Assembly (NCBI GenBank): GCA_036339465.1
Contig: JAYZAY010000085.1
Span: forward strand, 32,001 to 96,000
Direction: 5' to 3'
DNA: 64,000 nt
From: Myxococcota bacterium
Lineage (GTDB): Bacteria; Myxococcota; XYA12-FULL-58-9; JABJBS01
The first letter of the stretch is position 1; the number at the start of each line of letters is the position of its first letter. Of the stretch, positions 38,266 through 50,273 are shown piece after piece. Position numbers and translations under genes: made by a program. The notes beneath the pieces were generated by a model that did not search any database, had not been told where the DNA came from, and saw only the letters and a list, made by a program, of their open reading frames with translations.

Positions 38266-40086
38266 TTAAGCCTTTTCGCTCTTAAGTACGGGGCGTAGAT
38301 TAGCAGGGAGGATTCGTTTTCTAATTCGAATCGCTTCAGGGGTTATTTCTAGAACCTCATCATCTCTGATCCATTCGAGACATTGTTCTAGGCTCATTTC
38401 TCTAGGTGGCGATACGACTGATGCATCGTCTTTACCTGATGCACGAACATTGGTGAGTTTTTTCTCACGTACACAATTTACGTTGAGGTCATTGTCGCGA
38501 TTGTGCTCACCGATAATCATGCCCTCGTATACCAGGGTAGCCACAGGGCAAAACATGGTGCCGCGGGGTTGTAAATTATGGAGCGCATATGGGGTTGTGG
38601 TGCCATTCCGATCCGCGACCAGTGCACCGGGTTTCCGTTGTGGAATAGGGCCACACCAAGGGATCCATTTTTCAAAGACGTGAGACATAATGATAGTTCC
38701 GCGGGTAGCGGTCAGGAGAGTGCCACGAAGTCCGAATAGGCCACGGGTTGGAATGAGATATTCTAGCCGACTTCTTGAGCCTTCTAGTTTTTGGTCGCTC
38801 ATTTGAGCTTTTCGAGGGCCCAGTAACTCGTTGAGGATTCCTACATATTCATTGGGCACGTCCACATGTAACCGCTCCATGGGTTCATTTTGTTCGCCAT
38901 CGATTTCTTGGGTTACAACCTCGGGGTTGCAGACACAGAACTCAAATAATTCTCGTCGCAGTGTTTCTATGAGCACAGATAGTTGTAATTCACCACGTCC
39001 CATGACTCTGAATGAATCCGCTGTATCCGTATCCTGTATTTTGATACTGACATTTCCCAATTGTTCTCGGTAAAGTCGGTCGCGGAGGTGTCGACTGGTG
39101 ACATATTTTCCGCCGCTTCGTCCGGCTAAGGGACCATCATTGACGCGAAGTACCACGGCCACGGTTGGCTCATCTACCTTGATCCCTGGTAACGCCTCCT
39201 GATTTTCGTTTACGCAGATAGTGTCTCCGATCAATCCAGGCTGGATGCCAGATATCGCAACGATTTGACCGGAGTGCGCCTCATCGATGGGGATTCGCTG
39301 GGGGCCGAGAAAGGTAAAGATCCCCGTGATCCGCTGATTGCTTTGTTTCTCTGCCTGCTTGAGAACAATGGTTTGGTTTGGCTTAATACTTCCACTGATG
39401 ATCCGTCCAATAGCCAGTTTGCCGAGATAATCATCGTAACCAAGTTGGTTGATCTGCATTTGAAATGGGGTGTCGGGATCCACTGGAGTTGAGGGCATGG
39501 TTTCAACCAGGGTTTCAACTAAGGGTATAAGATCTGTACCGGGAACATCAATATTGTGAGTTGCGGTGCCGGCACGCCCATTTGTATAAATGACCGGGAA
39601 TTCAATTTGAGATTCATTGGCACCGAGATCGATGAAGAGGTCGTAGCATTCGTCCAACACTTCTGGGGCTCGAGCGTCACTTCTATCAATTTTATTGATT
39701 GCGACGACTGCAGGTAGACCGAGCTCCATGGCTTTTCTTAAAACAAAGCGTGTCTGGGGCATCGGTCCTTCCGCAGCGTCTACTAAGAGCAGCACGCCAT
39801 TGACCATTCTCAGGGTTCGCTCTACTTCGCCTCCAAAGTCAGCGTGTCCGGGGGTGTCCACCAGCTGCAAAAGTGTTTGTTTATACTGGACCGAAGTACA
39901 TTTTGCGAGAATGGTAATGCCGCGTTCTCTTTCTTGATCCATGGAGTCCATGGCGCGTTCTTGTGTCTCTTGCTTAGAGTGGTAGACGCCTAATTGATTG
40001 AATAGACCGTCGACTAGCGTTGTTTTTCCGTGATCGACGTGCGCAATAATAGCGATTGTCCTAATGTCAGTTACTGCTTGGCTCAT
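38266..40086 (-). CDS. typA: Translational GTPase TypA/BipA
   Basis: [53 protein letters not shown]. Confidence 0.97.
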   Translation of the reverse strand: MSQAVTDIRTIAIIAHVDHGKTTLVDGLFNQLGVYHSKQETQERAMDSMDQERERGITILAKCTSVQYKQTLLQLVDTPGHADFGGEVERTLRMVNGVLLLVDAAEGPMPQTRFVLRKAMELGLPAVVAINKIDRSDARAPEVLDECYDLFIDLGANESQIEFPVIYTNGRAGTATHNIDVPGTDLIPLVETLVETMPSTPVDPDTPFQMQINQLGYDDYLGKLAIGRIISGSIKPNQTIVLKQAEKQSNQRITGIFTFLGPQRIPIDEAHSGQIVAISGIQPGLIGDTICVNENQEALPGIKVDEPTVAVVLRVNDGPLAGRSGGKYVTSRHLRDRLYREQLGNVSIKIQDTDTADSFRVMGRGELQLSVLIETLRRELFEFCVCNPEVVTQEIDGEQNEPMERLHVDVPNEYVGILNELLGPRKAQMSDQKLEGSRSRLEYLIPTRGLFGLRGTLLTATRGTIIMSHVFEKWIPWCGPIPQRKPGALVADRNGTTTPYALHNLQPRGTMFCPVATLVYEGMIIGEHNRDNDLNVNCVREKKLTNVRASGKDDASVVSPPREMSLEQCLEWIRDDEVLEITPEAIRIRKRILPANLRPVLKSEKA

Positions 40087-41305
40087 CTTTTTTACCATCG
40101 TCCTCGGATTTTACGTTTTTCGGGGACTTGTTTTTGACTGTCAAAGTGTTCTTTGGTGGGGTTGAAGTGACAGTGGTTTGAGGATCGTTACTCGTTTTTG
40201 TTTTTGTTTTTGTTTTTGTTTTTGTTTTTGTTTTTGTTTTTGTTTTTGTTTTTGTTGGCTTGGAGGGTTTAGCTGTTTTCGGGTGCGATGTACTCTTTGC
40301 AGTGCTGTTTGTCAGTGCTTTTGAAGCAGCTGCTTTTGTTGTTTTTGTTTTTGTTTTTGTTGTTTTTGTTGTTTTCGTGGCTTTTGATCGGTTTTGCGTG
40401 CTTTTTTTCCGTTGTGGTGGAAAGCGCCGCTGGGTGATTATTTTTCCGGTTCCTTGACTGAGTTTCTTACGGTTCCGTACCCTTCTAATGGCTTCTTGGA
40501 CAAGGAGTGGATTTGAATGATTGCTTAAAGCTTCGTAGAGGTTTTTCAAAGCAAGGTCATAGTTTTCGAGTTCTTGAAAGCAGTTGGCAATTTCAAAGAG
40601 GATGATAGCTTTAAAGGAGTCGCCTTCTTCGGCATTCAAAAGAAGGCGCTCATAGATCGCAATGGCTTCACTAAAACGGTCCTCAAGGATGAAGGAGCTC
40701 GCCAAAATCATCTCTGCTTGAATTGCCTCTTCACTTCTAGGCCATCTTCGTAATAACGCGTCAATTTCTGTATGGACCTGCGGGAAATTCTGCCGTTTAA
40801 AATAAATTTGCGCAATATGTAACTGAGCATCGCGGGTTTCAGGATGATTAGGGTGGGTTCGAACTACGTTTTGATAAATATCGAGGGCTTCGTCCACCTT
40901 TTCAAGCCGACTCAAATACAAATCCGCAATGGTTAGTTGTGCGGCAAGAGCTTCATTGGTGGTGGGAAATTCACCGATGAGTTGAGAATAATCCTTGATC
41001 GCTTGCTCATCGTTTCTCAAGTAGAGGGTATTCACTCTCCCGAGTCGATTGAGGATGAATTTCCGTTGCTCTAGCTGAATTTCATTTGGGGGACTGTTTG
41101 TTTCAAGTCGTACCAATAATTTTCGGTAGAGTTGGTCTGCTTGTGCGTACTTCCGTTGGTACATCAAATCGTTTGCCAGATTAAGACCGGCCCGAACACC
41201 GTCTCCACACGCAGTGGAGACAAGTATCCCCAGTACGAATGCGATGTTTCTCAATCGTACTGGGATTAGAATTGAACGACCAACTTTACTGGTCGGGGTT
41301 GTCAT
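40067..41305 (-). CDS. TPR lipoprotein with Lys/Thr-rich low-complexity tail
   Basis: Lipobox-like STAC, multiple TPR helices, (KT)n tail. Confidence 0.75.
   Translation of the reverse strand: MTTPTSKVGRSILIPVRLRNIAFVLGILVSTACGDGVRAGLNLANDLMYQRKYAQADQLYRKLLVRLETNSPPNEIQLEQRKFILNRLGRVNTLYLRNDEQAIKDYSQLIGEFPTTNEALAAQLTIADLYLSRLEKVDEALDIYQNVVRTHPNHPETRDAQLHIAQIYFKRQNFPQVHTEIDALLRRWPRSEEAIQAEMILASSFILEDRFSEAIAIYERLLLNAEEGDSFKAIILFEIANCFQELENYDLALKNLYEALSNHSNPLLVQEAIRRVRNRKKLSQGTGKIITQRRFPPQRKKSTQNRSKATKTTKTTKTKTKTTKAAASKALTNSTAKSTSHPKTAKPSKPTKTKTKTKTKTKTKTKTKTKTSNDPQTTVTSTPPKNTLTVKNKSPKNVKSEDDGKKDEPSSN
40195..40254. repeat. (TTTTTG)10 microsatellite encoding (Lys-Thr)10 on the minus strand
   Basis: 10 perfect hexamer copies. 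Confidence 0.97.
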
Positions 41306-43886
41306 CGGAAGCCGTTTCTTCAGGGATGTTTATGCCCGTTTCCGGCTCGTCCTCTTCTGGTTCGGCGATTCGGGCGACACTGGCGACAGCGCTATCATCA
41401 GTGACGTTGATGATTTTAACGCCTTGAGTCGAACGTCCCATGATTGAGATTTGGTCAATTTCAGTCCGAATCATTATACCACCATCGGTGATAACCATAA
41501 GCTCATCACGGTCACCAACGCCTACAACGGCAGCGACAACCCCCGTTTTATCACTGAGCTTAAAGTTAATGATTCCCGAGCCACCTCGACCTTGTTTCCG
41601 ATATTCTTCGTGGGTTGTGCGCTTACCATAACCCTGGGTGGAAATACTCAGGATATGGGGGAGGTCATCCCTTAAGATGACCATACCAACGACGGCGTCT
41701 CCGTCTTTCTTAAGGTTAATAGATCTCACTCCTCGTGCGGTTCTGCCCATGGGGCGAACGTCACCCTCTGAAAACCGGATGGTCATTCCCATTCGTGTTC
41801 CAATAAGGATGTCGTCCTCGCCGCCGGTATAATCCACGCCAATTAGAGTGTCGTCATCATCGATACTCAAGGCGATCAATCCCGAGTTTCTGGGCGTGGT
41901 GAATGCCTGAAGCTCTGTTTTCTTGATGTAGCCCTTCGCGGTTGCAAAGGCGAGAAAACTACCTTGGGTGAAATCCTTCAGTGGTAGTAACGCAGCAACC
42001 CGCTCTTCGCTGTTTAAACTAAGTAAATTTACGACAGGTTTACCACGGCTAGTCCGTGTGCCTTGTGGTATTTCATGAACCTTCAACCAATAAACCTTAC
42101 CGTGGTCGGTAAAGACCAGCACGTAGCTATGATTGGATGCCACGAAAATATTTTCGACGAAATCTTCGGATCGCGTTGTTGTGGCAGTCTTACCGCGCCC
42201 GCCTCTATTTTGAGCCTGGTAAACTTCGAGAGGAACGCGTTTTACATAGCCCGCGTGACTGACTGTGACGACGGAATCGTCATCGGCGACGAAATCTTCG
42301 GCGGACAACTCTTTTCCATGAAGGATGAGTTCGGTCTTTCGAGGTGAGGCATATTCATCTTTAATTTCTTGGAGTTCAGTGACGATAACAGACATGAGTC
42401 TTTCATCGGAGTCGAGAATCCCCAAGAGTTCTTCAATGGTCGTGCGAAGGGTTCGTGCTTCTTCTTCGAGCTTCTCACGTTCTAGCCCAGTCAATCGACC
42501 CAAGCGCATATCGAGAATCGCTTGTGCTTGACGTTCGTTAAGGCGCATAACCCCCGTTTTGATGGCCTGTGTGCCTGTTTCATACTCGAAGGTTAGCAAC
42601 TGCTCACTAAAGGTTTTAAATACCGGAGTCATTGGAAAATGCTCGGTCATCAAGGATGCTTTGGCTGTGGCCTGGTCTTTTGAAGCCCGAATAATTTCGA
42701 CGATACGGTCTATGGAATCAATGGCGGCTAGAAGCCCGAAAACAACGTTGAAGCGTTTACGGGCTTCCCGCAGCTCGTATTGACTGCGGCGAGTAACGAC
42801 TTCACGACGGTGGTTGATGAAGTGTTTGAGCATGTCCTTAAGGGTCAACACTTTAGGTTGTCCGTTAACGATGGCCAACATGTTAAATCCAAAGGACGTT
42901 TGAAGTGCGGTGAGTCGATAGAGCTGATTTAGGATGACTTCACCCATTGCATCACGCTTACACTCAATCACGATTTGCATGCCGTCTCGGTCGGATTCAT
43001 CACGAATATCACTGATGCCTTCGACGCGTTTATCGCGAACGAGGTGGGCAATCTTTTCGACGAGGTGGGCTTTATTCACCTGATAAGGAAGTTCCGTTAT
43101 AATGATTCGGTCACGGTTGTTGTGCTCTTCGACGCATGCCTTGCCTCTCAGCTGGATGATTCCGCGTCCGGTTTCGTAGGCTTTCTTTAGGTTGCTCGTT
43201 CCATAGACAATTCCGGCAGTGGGAAAGTCGGGGCCAGGTACAATCTTCATGAGATCTGACACCATCATATTGGGGGTCTTGATCAAAGAGACAGTGGCAT
43301 CGATAATTTCACCCAAATTGTGTGGGGCAATGTTCGTTGCCATCCCAACCGCGATTCCCGCTGAGCCGTTCACCAATAAGTTTGGGAACCGGGTAGGCAT
43401 GACCAACGGTTCCTCTAAGGAATCGTCGTAATTTGACCCGAAATCCACGGTTTCTTTGTCGATATCAGCGAGCATTTCCGATGAAAGTTTCGCCATCCTT
43501 ACTTCGGTATATCGCATGGCAGCTGGTGCATCCCCGTCGATACTACCAAAGTTTCCCTGCCCATCGATGAGGGTATGCCTCATTGAAAAGCCTTGAGCCA
43601 TGCGAACCAATGTATCGTAAACTGCCTGGTCACCGTGGGGGTGATACTTACCGATGACATCGCCGACGACACGGGCAGATTTTTTGTAAGCTCGATTGTA
43701 ATGATTTCCCAACTCTTGCATGGCAAAGAGCACTCGACGGTGGACGGGCTTTAGGCCGTCTCGAACATCGGGAAGGGCACGCCCAATGATTACGGACATT
43801 GCGTAATCGAGGTAGGAGGCTCTCATTTCATCTTCGATATCTATATTCACAGGATGCTTTGATCCTGGCGCTGTTGAATCAGTCAT
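41286..43886 (-). CDS. gyrA: DNA gyrase subunit A
   Basis: YHPHGD, AAMRYTE, GyrA box QNRGGRG, C-terminal beta-pinwheel repeats. Confidence 0.98.
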   Translation of the reverse strand: MTDSTAPGSKHPVNIDIEDEMRASYLDYAMSVIIGRALPDVRDGLKPVHRRVLFAMQELGNHYNRAYKKSARVVGDVIGKYHPHGDQAVYDTLVRMAQGFSMRHTLIDGQGNFGSIDGDAPAAMRYTEVRMAKLSSEMLADIDKETVDFGSNYDDSLEEPLVMPTRFPNLLVNGSAGIAVGMATNIAPHNLGEIIDATVSLIKTPNMMVSDLMKIVPGPDFPTAGIVYGTSNLKKAYETGRGIIQLRGKACVEEHNNRDRIIITELPYQVNKAHLVEKIAHLVRDKRVEGISDIRDESDRDGMQIVIECKRDAMGEVILNQLYRLTALQTSFGFNMLAIVNGQPKVLTLKDMLKHFINHRREVVTRRSQYELREARKRFNVVFGLLAAIDSIDRIVEIIRASKDQATAKASLMTEHFPMTPVFKTFSEQLLTFEYETGTQAIKTGVMRLNERQAQAILDMRLGRLTGLEREKLEEEARTLRTTIEELLGILDSDERLMSVIVTELQEIKDEYASPRKTELILHGKELSAEDFVADDDSVVTVSHAGYVKRVPLEVYQAQNRGGRGKTATTTRSEDFVENIFVASNHSYVLVFTDHGKVYWLKVHEIPQGTRTSRGKPVVNLLSLNSEERVAALLPLKDFTQGSFLAFATAKGYIKKTELQAFTTPRNSGLIALSIDDDDTLIGVDYTGGEDDILIGTRMGMTIRFSEGDVRPMGRTARGVRSINLKKDGDAVVGMVILRDDLPHILSISTQGYGKRTTHEEYRKQGRGGSGIINFKLSDKTGVVAAVVGVGDRDELMVITDGGIMIRTEIDQISIMGRSTQGVKIINVTDDSAVASVARIAEPEEDEPETGINIPEETASDDNPDQ

Positions 43887-44072
43887 ATTGGACCGTTCTA
43901 TATCGAACTCCGGCTATTTCAGCAATCGTCTCGTGAGCCAAGAGGCTCAAAAATAGAGGTTTTGAGGGGGATCTCCGGTATATTCCGTCGCAACTTTAGC
44001 CAAAAGAACTCTTGGGGTTCTTTCTGGAACTTGATAAAGAGAAGCCGTAGGTTTCGTTCGAGGAGGTCGATT

Positions 44073-45401
44073 GTGGCACATGAGGTTTTATTGCCCCAAA
44101 TGGGGGAGTCTATCGCAGAAGGCACTATAACCACCTGGCTCAAGAAAATCGGTGAGCATGTCGAGCGTGACGAAGCGCTTTTCGAAATGTCGACGGATAA
44201 AGTCGATGCGGAAATTCCCTCTCCAGTTACGGGGACGCTTTTGGAGATCAGGGCGGAAGCCGGGCAAACGGTTGAGGTGGGGGCCGTGGTGGCTTTGATC
44301 GGTGAGGCTGGTGGCACGATTTCAGATGATTCTTCGGCTAGAGCTCCTGACGAAGGCCCCGAAAAAGCCGCCGAAAAAGAACCGGCACTGCAGGCTGTTT
44401 CTGGGCCTGAAGCTACGGGTGATTCGGTCGAAGAGCGGCGTCGTACAAAGAGTTCACCGCTGGTGCGAAAAATAGCAGCTGAGCACAATGTTGAGATCTC
44501 GAAAATTACGGGTACTGGGGTCAGCGGTCGGGTGACAAAATCCGATATCCTCAGTTTTATCGAAACGTCGAATGCGGGGACATCCGCAGTGTCAACCCCT
44601 GCTTCTTCTGCTCCTTCTGCCGCTCCTGCGGTTGTGAGTCAGGGAACCGGGGTCAGCTTAGGGATGCCCAACGAAGTACCCGTAGCTTATCGTGCGAAAG
44701 TCTACGAGGGCGATACTATCGAAGAGATGTCCAACATGCGCTCAAAGATTGCCGAGCACATGGTTGTATCCAAGCATATTTCTCCACATGTAGCCACGGT
44801 CTGGGAGATGGATTTCAGCAAAGTAGCGGCTTTACGAAAGCGCTATAAAGCAAAATGGCAGGAGCGCCACGGAGTAAATATTACTTTTACTTCATTTATC
44901 CTGAAGGCCACCGTTGATGCTTTGAGAGCATTCCCGATGATAAATGCGAGCTTGGACGGCCAAAAAATTATCTATCACCGAGATATCAACTTGGGGATTG
45001 CAGTTGCTCTTGATTGGGGACTTTTGGTGCCGGTCATTCGAGGTGCACAGGATTTGAACCTCCTAGGCATTACCAAACGCGCAAATGATTTAGCAGAAAG
45101 AGCTAGGGCAAAGAAATTAAAGCCGGATGAAGTTCAATACGGTACCTTTACCGTGACAAATCCAGGGGTATTTGGTCCCATGTTTGGACTTCCGGTGATC
45201 AACCAGCCCCAAGTTGCAATTTTGGGTTGTGGGGCAGTGGAGAAGAGACCTGTGGTCGTTGATGACATGATTGCGATTCGGACCAGGGCCTATATCTCAT
45301 TGAGTTTTGACCATCGGTTAGTGGATGGTGCGGATGCAGACCAATTTATGAAGCGAATTAAGTCTGGAATAGAGGATTTTGACGAAGCAGAACTCGGTTA
45401 A
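44073..45401 (+). CDS. 2-oxo acid dehydrogenase E2 (dihydrolipoamide acyltransferase)
   Basis: Lipoyl domain STDKVD, E3-binding SPLVRK...GTG..GRVTK.D, catalytic FDHRLVDG; GTG 44073 after AGGAGG. Confidence 0.93.
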   Translation: MAHEVLLPQMGESIAEGTITTWLKKIGEHVERDEALFEMSTDKVDAEIPSPVTGTLLEIRAEAGQTVEVGAVVALIGEAGGTISDDSSARAPDEGPEKAAEKEPALQAVSGPEATGDSVEERRRTKSSPLVRKIAAEHNVEISKITGTGVSGRVTKSDILSFIETSNAGTSAVSTPASSAPSAAPAVVSQGTGVSLGMPNEVPVAYRAKVYEGDTIEEMSNMRSKIAEHMVVSKHISPHVATVWEMDFSKVAALRKRYKAKWQERHGVNITFTSFILKATVDALRAFPMINASLDGQKIIYHRDINLGIAVALDWGLLVPVIRGAQDLNLLGITKRANDLAERARAKKLKPDEVQYGTFTVTNPGVFGPMFGLPVINQPQVAILGCGAVEKRPVVVDDMIAIRTRAYISLSFDHRLVDGADADQFMKRIKSGIEDFDEAELG

Positions 45402-46128
45402 GGTGTGTCTTGTGGATCGAAATTTACGCATAGAAAATATGGGGGTTGTTTCCTATGGGCCCATGTTGGCTCTACAGGAACAACGGCATCTAGATATCCA
45501 GCAAGGAAAGTCAGATGACACTCTCTTTCTGCTTGAGCATTGGCCGGTTGTAACCTCGGGTCGAAACGGAAAGACCGAGAGTCTCCTCGCAAGTGAAAGT
45601 GAACTTAAACGTCGAGGGGTTCAGTTTTATTGTACAGGCCGTGGTGGTGACGTGACCTACCATGCTCCTGGTCAAGTGGTTGGCTATCCAATTGTTGAAT
45701 TGCAAGAGTCAGAGCGCGATATTAAGAGTTATGTTTGGAAGCTTGAAGAAATATTAATTCGAACCTCTCAAGACTATGGCCTTAAGGCCGAGCGTATTGA
45801 GGGGCTGCGGGGAATTTGGGTAGGAGAGCGAAAACTAGCGGCCATTGGTGTCCGGCTTTCCCGTTGGGTCACGATGCATGGTTTTGCTCTGAATGTTAGT
45901 GTAGATCTGAGCGGTTTTGGGTTGATTGTTCCCTGCGGTTTGTATGGTAAAGGGGTTACTTCTTTAGGTCTTGAGCTGGGTGAAGCTCCACCTTTGGGAC
46001 ACGTTCAGAGTAAATTGGGTGCCCATGCCGCAGATGTTTTGGGGCGACAAAGTTATCAGGCCCTGCCAACAGGATTGCCAGCTCCAATTGTTACGGAAGA
46101 TTCTGTGCGGATCCCCGCAGTGAGGTGA
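45379..46128 (+). CDS. lipB: Octanoyltransferase LipB
   Basis: LEH.PV.T.G, RGGDVTYH.PGQ.VGYPI, KLAAIG, HGFALN, PCG. Confidence 0.94.
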   Translation: MTKQNSVKVCLVDRNLRIENMGVVSYGPMLALQEQRHLDIQQGKSDDTLFLLEHWPVVTSGRNGKTESLLASESELKRRGVQFYCTGRGGDVTYHAPGQVVGYPIVELQESERDIKSYVWKLEEILIRTSQDYGLKAERIEGLRGIWVGERKLAAIGVRLSRWVTMHGFALNVSVDLSGFGLIVPCGLYGKGVTSLGLELGEAPPLGHVQSKLGAHAADVLGRQSYQALPTGLPAPIVTEDSVRIPAVR

Positions 46129-46134
46129 GATGTT

Positions 46135-47076
46135 ATGTCTACGGCCAAAGAGCTTGTGCAAATCGGAGTTAATTCAAAGGTAATCGCTCGTTCCGGACAG
46201 GAAGCGCGGCGGCCGCCATGGCTTAGGGTCAAGGTTCAGTACACCGAAGGTTTTAGTGAAGTGAAGTCACTCTTGGGTGACTTGCAACTAAACACCGTGT
46301 GTGAAGAGGCGCGTTGTCCAAATATTTGGGAGTGCTGGGGCAAGCACCGGACAGCGACTTTCATGATTTTGGGGGAGATCTGTACGCGAGCATGTCGATA
46401 CTGCTCCGTAACCAGCGCGCGTCCTGGGGAGATTGATCTACACGAGCCTGAGCATGTCGCAGAGGCTGTTGCTCGGATGAAGTTGGCGCATACTGTGATT
46501 ACCAGCGTCGATAGGGATGACCTTGAGGATCTAGGAGCCGGGCATTGGGTTGAAACCATCCAGGCTATCCAGAGAAAAAGCCCTCAGACACGCATTGAGA
46601 TTCTGACACCCGACTTTATAGGGGATTACCACCAACTTCGTCGTGTTTTGGATACGCATCCCGCAGTTTTTAGTCACAATGTGGAAACTGTCCCCCGCTT
46701 GTATCGAAAGTTGCGAAGTAAAGGGATTTATGAACGATGTCTTGAGCTATTGGGTCGTCTGCATGCATACAGGGTTGAACAGAATATTGCGATGACCACC
46801 AAAACAGGCTTGATGTGCGGCCTTGGGGAAACCAAGGACGAAATTCTTCAGGTGATGGATGATTTAAGGTCTGTTCACGTCGATGTATTTACCATGGGAC
46901 AATATCTCAATCCGACAAAGAAACATTTCCCCGTACAGCGATTTTATCGTCCAGAAGAATTCGATGATTTGAAAGAAGAAGCCTTAAAGCGTGGTTTCAA
47001 GAATGTTGTGAGTGGTCCATTGGTTCGTAGTTCTTATCACGCACATGAGCACGTACCGGAAGCCATTCTCAAGTAA
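46135..47076 (+). CDS. lipA: Lipoyl synthase LipA
   Basis: CEEARCPNIWEC, CTRACRYC, RSSY. Confidence 0.96.
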   Translation: MSTAKELVQIGVNSKVIARSGQEARRPPWLRVKVQYTEGFSEVKSLLGDLQLNTVCEEARCPNIWECWGKHRTATFMILGEICTRACRYCSVTSARPGEIDLHEPEHVAEAVARMKLAHTVITSVDRDDLEDLGAGHWVETIQAIQRKSPQTRIEILTPDFIGDYHQLRRVLDTHPAVFSHNVETVPRLYRKLRSKGIYERCLELLGRLHAYRVEQNIAMTTKTGLMCGLGETKDEILQVMDDLRSVHVDVFTMGQYLNPTKKHFPVQRFYRPEEFDDLKEEALKRGFKNVVSGPLVRSSYHAHEHVPEAILK

Positions 47077-47090
47077 AATTCTCTGATGGC

Positions 47091-48527
47091 TTAGCCTAAG
47101 AGTTCTTTTAGGATTTTGTTTACGAGTTTTGGGTTTGCCTTACCTTGGGTTTCTTTCATTATTTGTCCGACGAAGAAGCCAATCAATTTGGTTTTACCAC
47201 CTCGGTAGTCGGAGGCCTGTTGTGGGTGGCGTGCGATAATTTCTTCGAGGATTGGTTTCAATTCATCACTATTGGCAACTTGCTTTAGCCCCCTACTTTC
47301 AACAATGCGGTTGGGACTGCCTCCCTCTTCTTTAAGGATCCCAAGAACTTCTTTTCCGATTTTACCGGAAATGACTTCCGAATCGATCAACGCTAAAAGT
47401 TCTGCGAGCTCTTTTGCACCAAACTTCAGCTGGTGAAGGGGGGTTTCTTTGGCATCCCTTAGCAATTCATTCATCAGCCAATTGGCGGCCAGTTTAGGAT
47501 TTCTATGATGGTTCAGGATTTCCTCGAAAAATGTTGCAACTTCAGGTTCTTCGGTCAAAACGGTGGCGTCATATTCCGAGAGTTTAAAGTCGCTCAAGAA
47601 TCGCTCTTTTTTTTTGTTGGGAAGTTCGGGGAGGTTATTTCGCAGATTCTCTATTTGTTCTAAAGAAACATTTAGAATGGGAAGGTCCGGATCGGGAAAG
47701 TAGCGATAGTCATGTGCATCCTCTTTGGAACGCATGGACCGGGTTTGTTGCTTGGTACTATCCCAGAGTCTAGTCTCTTGAACAATGACTTCTTTGGCTT
47801 CAAGCAAATAGATTTGGCGCTCAACTTCGTATTCCGTTGCCTGTTGGATGAACTTGAAGGAGTTAATATTTTTTAGCTCAGTTCTAGTTCCCAATTCCTT
47901 TTTTCCGTGTTTTCGAACGGATATGTTGACGTCACAACGGAAACTACCTTCTTGCATATTCCCATCACAAACACCGAGGTATCGAAGAATTTGTCGAAGA
48001 GACTTAAGGTAAGAAACGACTTCCTGGGATGAACTGAGGTCTGGCTCACTCACAATTTCTATGAGCGGGGTGCCTGCCCGATTAAAGTCGATCACCGAAC
48101 GTGAGCCTAGAGCGCAAGAATCATGAACATTCTTTCCTGCATCTTCTTCCATGTGGATTCGATTGATTCGGATACGCTTGGTTTCTGACCCGCCTATTGC
48201 GATATCTAGGTATCCCGCAGTTGCGTAGGGCTGGGCGAACTGCGTTATTTGATAGCCCTTAGGAAGGTCAGGATAAAAATAATGTTTTCTGTCAAATTGG
48301 CTTTGGGGGTGAATGGTACAGTTAAGGCCAATTCCCGCTTGAATGGCCATCTTGACCGCTTCTTTGTTAAGGACAGGAAGCACGCCAGGTAATCCCAAAT
48401 TAACCACATCAACGAGGGTGTTTGGGGCGCGTCCAAATGTGGTTCCGCTAGATGAGAATAGCTTACTTTTCGTCGATAGTTGGGCGTGAACTTCTAGTCC
48501 AATGACTGTTTCCCAGTGATTTGCCAT
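47091..48527 (-). CDS. gatB: Asp/Glu-tRNA amidotransferase subunit B
   Basis: IGLEVHAQL, YFYPDLPKGYQI, EEDAGK, DYRYFPDPDL. Confidence 0.97.
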   Translation of the reverse strand: MANHWETVIGLEVHAQLSTKSKLFSSSGTTFGRAPNTLVDVVNLGLPGVLPVLNKEAVKMAIQAGIGLNCTIHPQSQFDRKHYFYPDLPKGYQITQFAQPYATAGYLDIAIGGSETKRIRINRIHMEEDAGKNVHDSCALGSRSVIDFNRAGTPLIEIVSEPDLSSSQEVVSYLKSLRQILRYLGVCDGNMQEGSFRCDVNISVRKHGKKELGTRTELKNINSFKFIQQATEYEVERQIYLLEAKEVIVQETRLWDSTKQQTRSMRSKEDAHDYRYFPDPDLPILNVSLEQIENLRNNLPELPNKKKERFLSDFKLSEYDATVLTEEPEVATFFEEILNHHRNPKLAANWLMNELLRDAKETPLHQLKFGAKELAELLALIDSEVISGKIGKEVLGILKEEGGSPNRIVESRGLKQVANSDELKPILEEIIARHPQQASDYRGGKTKLIGFFVGQIMKETQGKANPKLVNKILKELLG

Positions 48528-49973
48528 TTAGATTGATCCCCCGCCGTATTTCTCGATGGATCGCGCGACGCCTAGAAGGGTTGACTCATCCCATGGCCTA
48601 CCGATGAGTTGGCATGAGAGGGGGAGATTGTCTTCATCGAATCCGATGGGTAGAGCCATGGCTGGTAACCCTGCCAAGTTTACGTTAACGGTGAAGATAT
48701 CCGACAAGTACATAGCCAATGGATCATTTAATTGTTCGCCCATGCCGAAAGCGGTGGTGGGTGTTGTTGGGGTTAGAATGACATCCACTTGGGAGAATGC
48801 ATCTCGAAAATCCTGACAAATCAGAGTTCTTACTTTTTGTGCTTTTAGGTAGTAGGCATCGTAGTAGCCAGCAGAGAGAGCGTAGGTGCCTAGCATAATA
48901 CGGCGTTTTACTTCGGGGCCAAACCCAGCAGAACGGGTGTTTTGGTACATCGCGTGTAAGTCGTCGTCCCCCCCGACCCGATTGCCATAGCGGACGCCGT
49001 CAAATCTTGCGAGGTTGCTGCTTGCTTCAGCGGTAGCGAGTAAATAGTAGGTGGCGATTCCGTATTCACTGTGGGGTAGTGAAATATCGATGAGCTCTGC
49101 TCCCTGTTCTTCGAGCGATTTTTTTGTTTTAGCGAGGGCTTGCGCCATTGCCGAGGGAAGAGATTCTTCAAAATACTCTCTGGGTATACCAACCCGGAGA
49201 TTCTGAACCCCTTGTTCTATGCCTTCGAGGTAATCAGGTACGCTTTGTTCAACACTGCTCGAGTCTTTGTCATCATACCCCGCAATAGCCTGCAGTATGA
49301 TGGCATTGTCTCGGACTGTTCGGGTGAGTGGCCCGGCCTGATCGAGAGAGCTTGCGAAAGCAATCATCCCAAAGCGTGACACCCTTCCATAGGTGGGTTT
49401 GAGCCCCACGGTTCCGCAAAAAGCGGCGGGTTGCCGGATGGAACCACCGGTGTCAGTTCCTAGGGCAGCGAAAACAGAATGATTTGCGACTGCGGCGGCT
49501 GAGCCTCCGCTTGAGCCTCCGGCGACTTTGTCGGGATTATGTGGATTGCGCACCGGTTGGTAGGCCGAGAATTCATTGGAAGACCCCATGGCAAATTCAT
49601 CCATATTCAGTTTTCCAAGGATGATTGCTCCTGCTTCTCGGAGTTTGGCCACAATGGTGGAATCATAGGGAGGAATGTAGCCCTCAAGTAGTCGAGATGC
49701 ACAAGTTGTAGGGGCATCTCGGGTGATGAAAATATCCTTTAGCCCAATGGGGACACCATCTAAAATCGATTTGGGGGCTCGGTTTTTATGACGTTGATCG
49801 GATTGAGTAGCAGCTTGAATGGCCGAACTCTCCGAGACATGAAGAAAGCAACCCGAATCTTTTGTGTCTTGGACCTTTTCTAGGCAGGCGGAGACCAGAG
49901 CCAGACTCGTAATCGCACCACATCTAATTTGTTGGCATGCTGCTTCTAAGCTTTGTTCTAGAATATCCACCAC
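48528..49973 (-). CDS. gatA: Asp/Glu-tRNA amidotransferase subunit A
   Basis: [48 protein letters not shown]. Confidence 0.97.
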   Translation of the reverse strand: MVDILEQSLEAACQQIRCGAITSLALVSACLEKVQDTKDSGCFLHVSESSAIQAATQSDQRHKNRAPKSILDGVPIGLKDIFITRDAPTTCASRLLEGYIPPYDSTIVAKLREAGAIILGKLNMDEFAMGSSNEFSAYQPVRNPHNPDKVAGGSSGGSAAAVANHSVFAALGTDTGGSIRQPAAFCGTVGLKPTYGRVSRFGMIAFASSLDQAGPLTRTVRDNAIILQAIAGYDDKDSSSVEQSVPDYLEGIEQGVQNLRVGIPREYFEESLPSAMAQALAKTKKSLEEQGAELIDISLPHSEYGIATYYLLATAEASSNLARFDGVRYGNRVGGDDDLHAMYQNTRSAGFGPEVKRRIMLGTYALSAGYYDAYYLKAQKVRTLICQDFRDAFSQVDVILTPTTPTTAFGMGEQLNDPLAMYLSDIFTVNVNLAGLPAMALPIGFDEDNLPLSCQLIGRPWDESTLLGVARSIEKYGGGSI

Positions 49974-49976
49974 GAT

Positions 49977-50273
49977 TTACTCGATAACTTTCGGCACACC
50001 AAAGCCATTGGCGAGAACCTCAGGGGCTTGTTTCAGCACATCCTCTCGAGGGAGTGCTGGTGTGGCGTGGTCTTCTCTGAGGGGAAGAGGGATATTGTGT
50101 GGGTGAATGGTTGCATCTATTGAACACGTATCCAGCTCTTCCAGTTTATTGATATAACCAAGGATAGCTTGCAGGTCTACTTGCATAGATACCAAGTCCT
50201 CTTCCGGAAAACTCAGCCGAGCAAGTTTCGCAATGTGTTTCACTTGATTGAGAGAGATTGTCTCGTCGCTCAT
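49977..50273 (-). CDS. gatC: Asp/Glu-tRNA amidotransferase subunit C
   Basis: V.HIAKLARL, LRED, VPKVIE. Confidence 0.94.
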   Translation of the reverse strand: MSDETISLNQVKHIAKLARLSFPEEDLVSMQVDLQAILGYINKLEELDTCSIDATIHPHNIPLPLREDHATPALPREDVLKQAPEVLANGFGVPKVIE

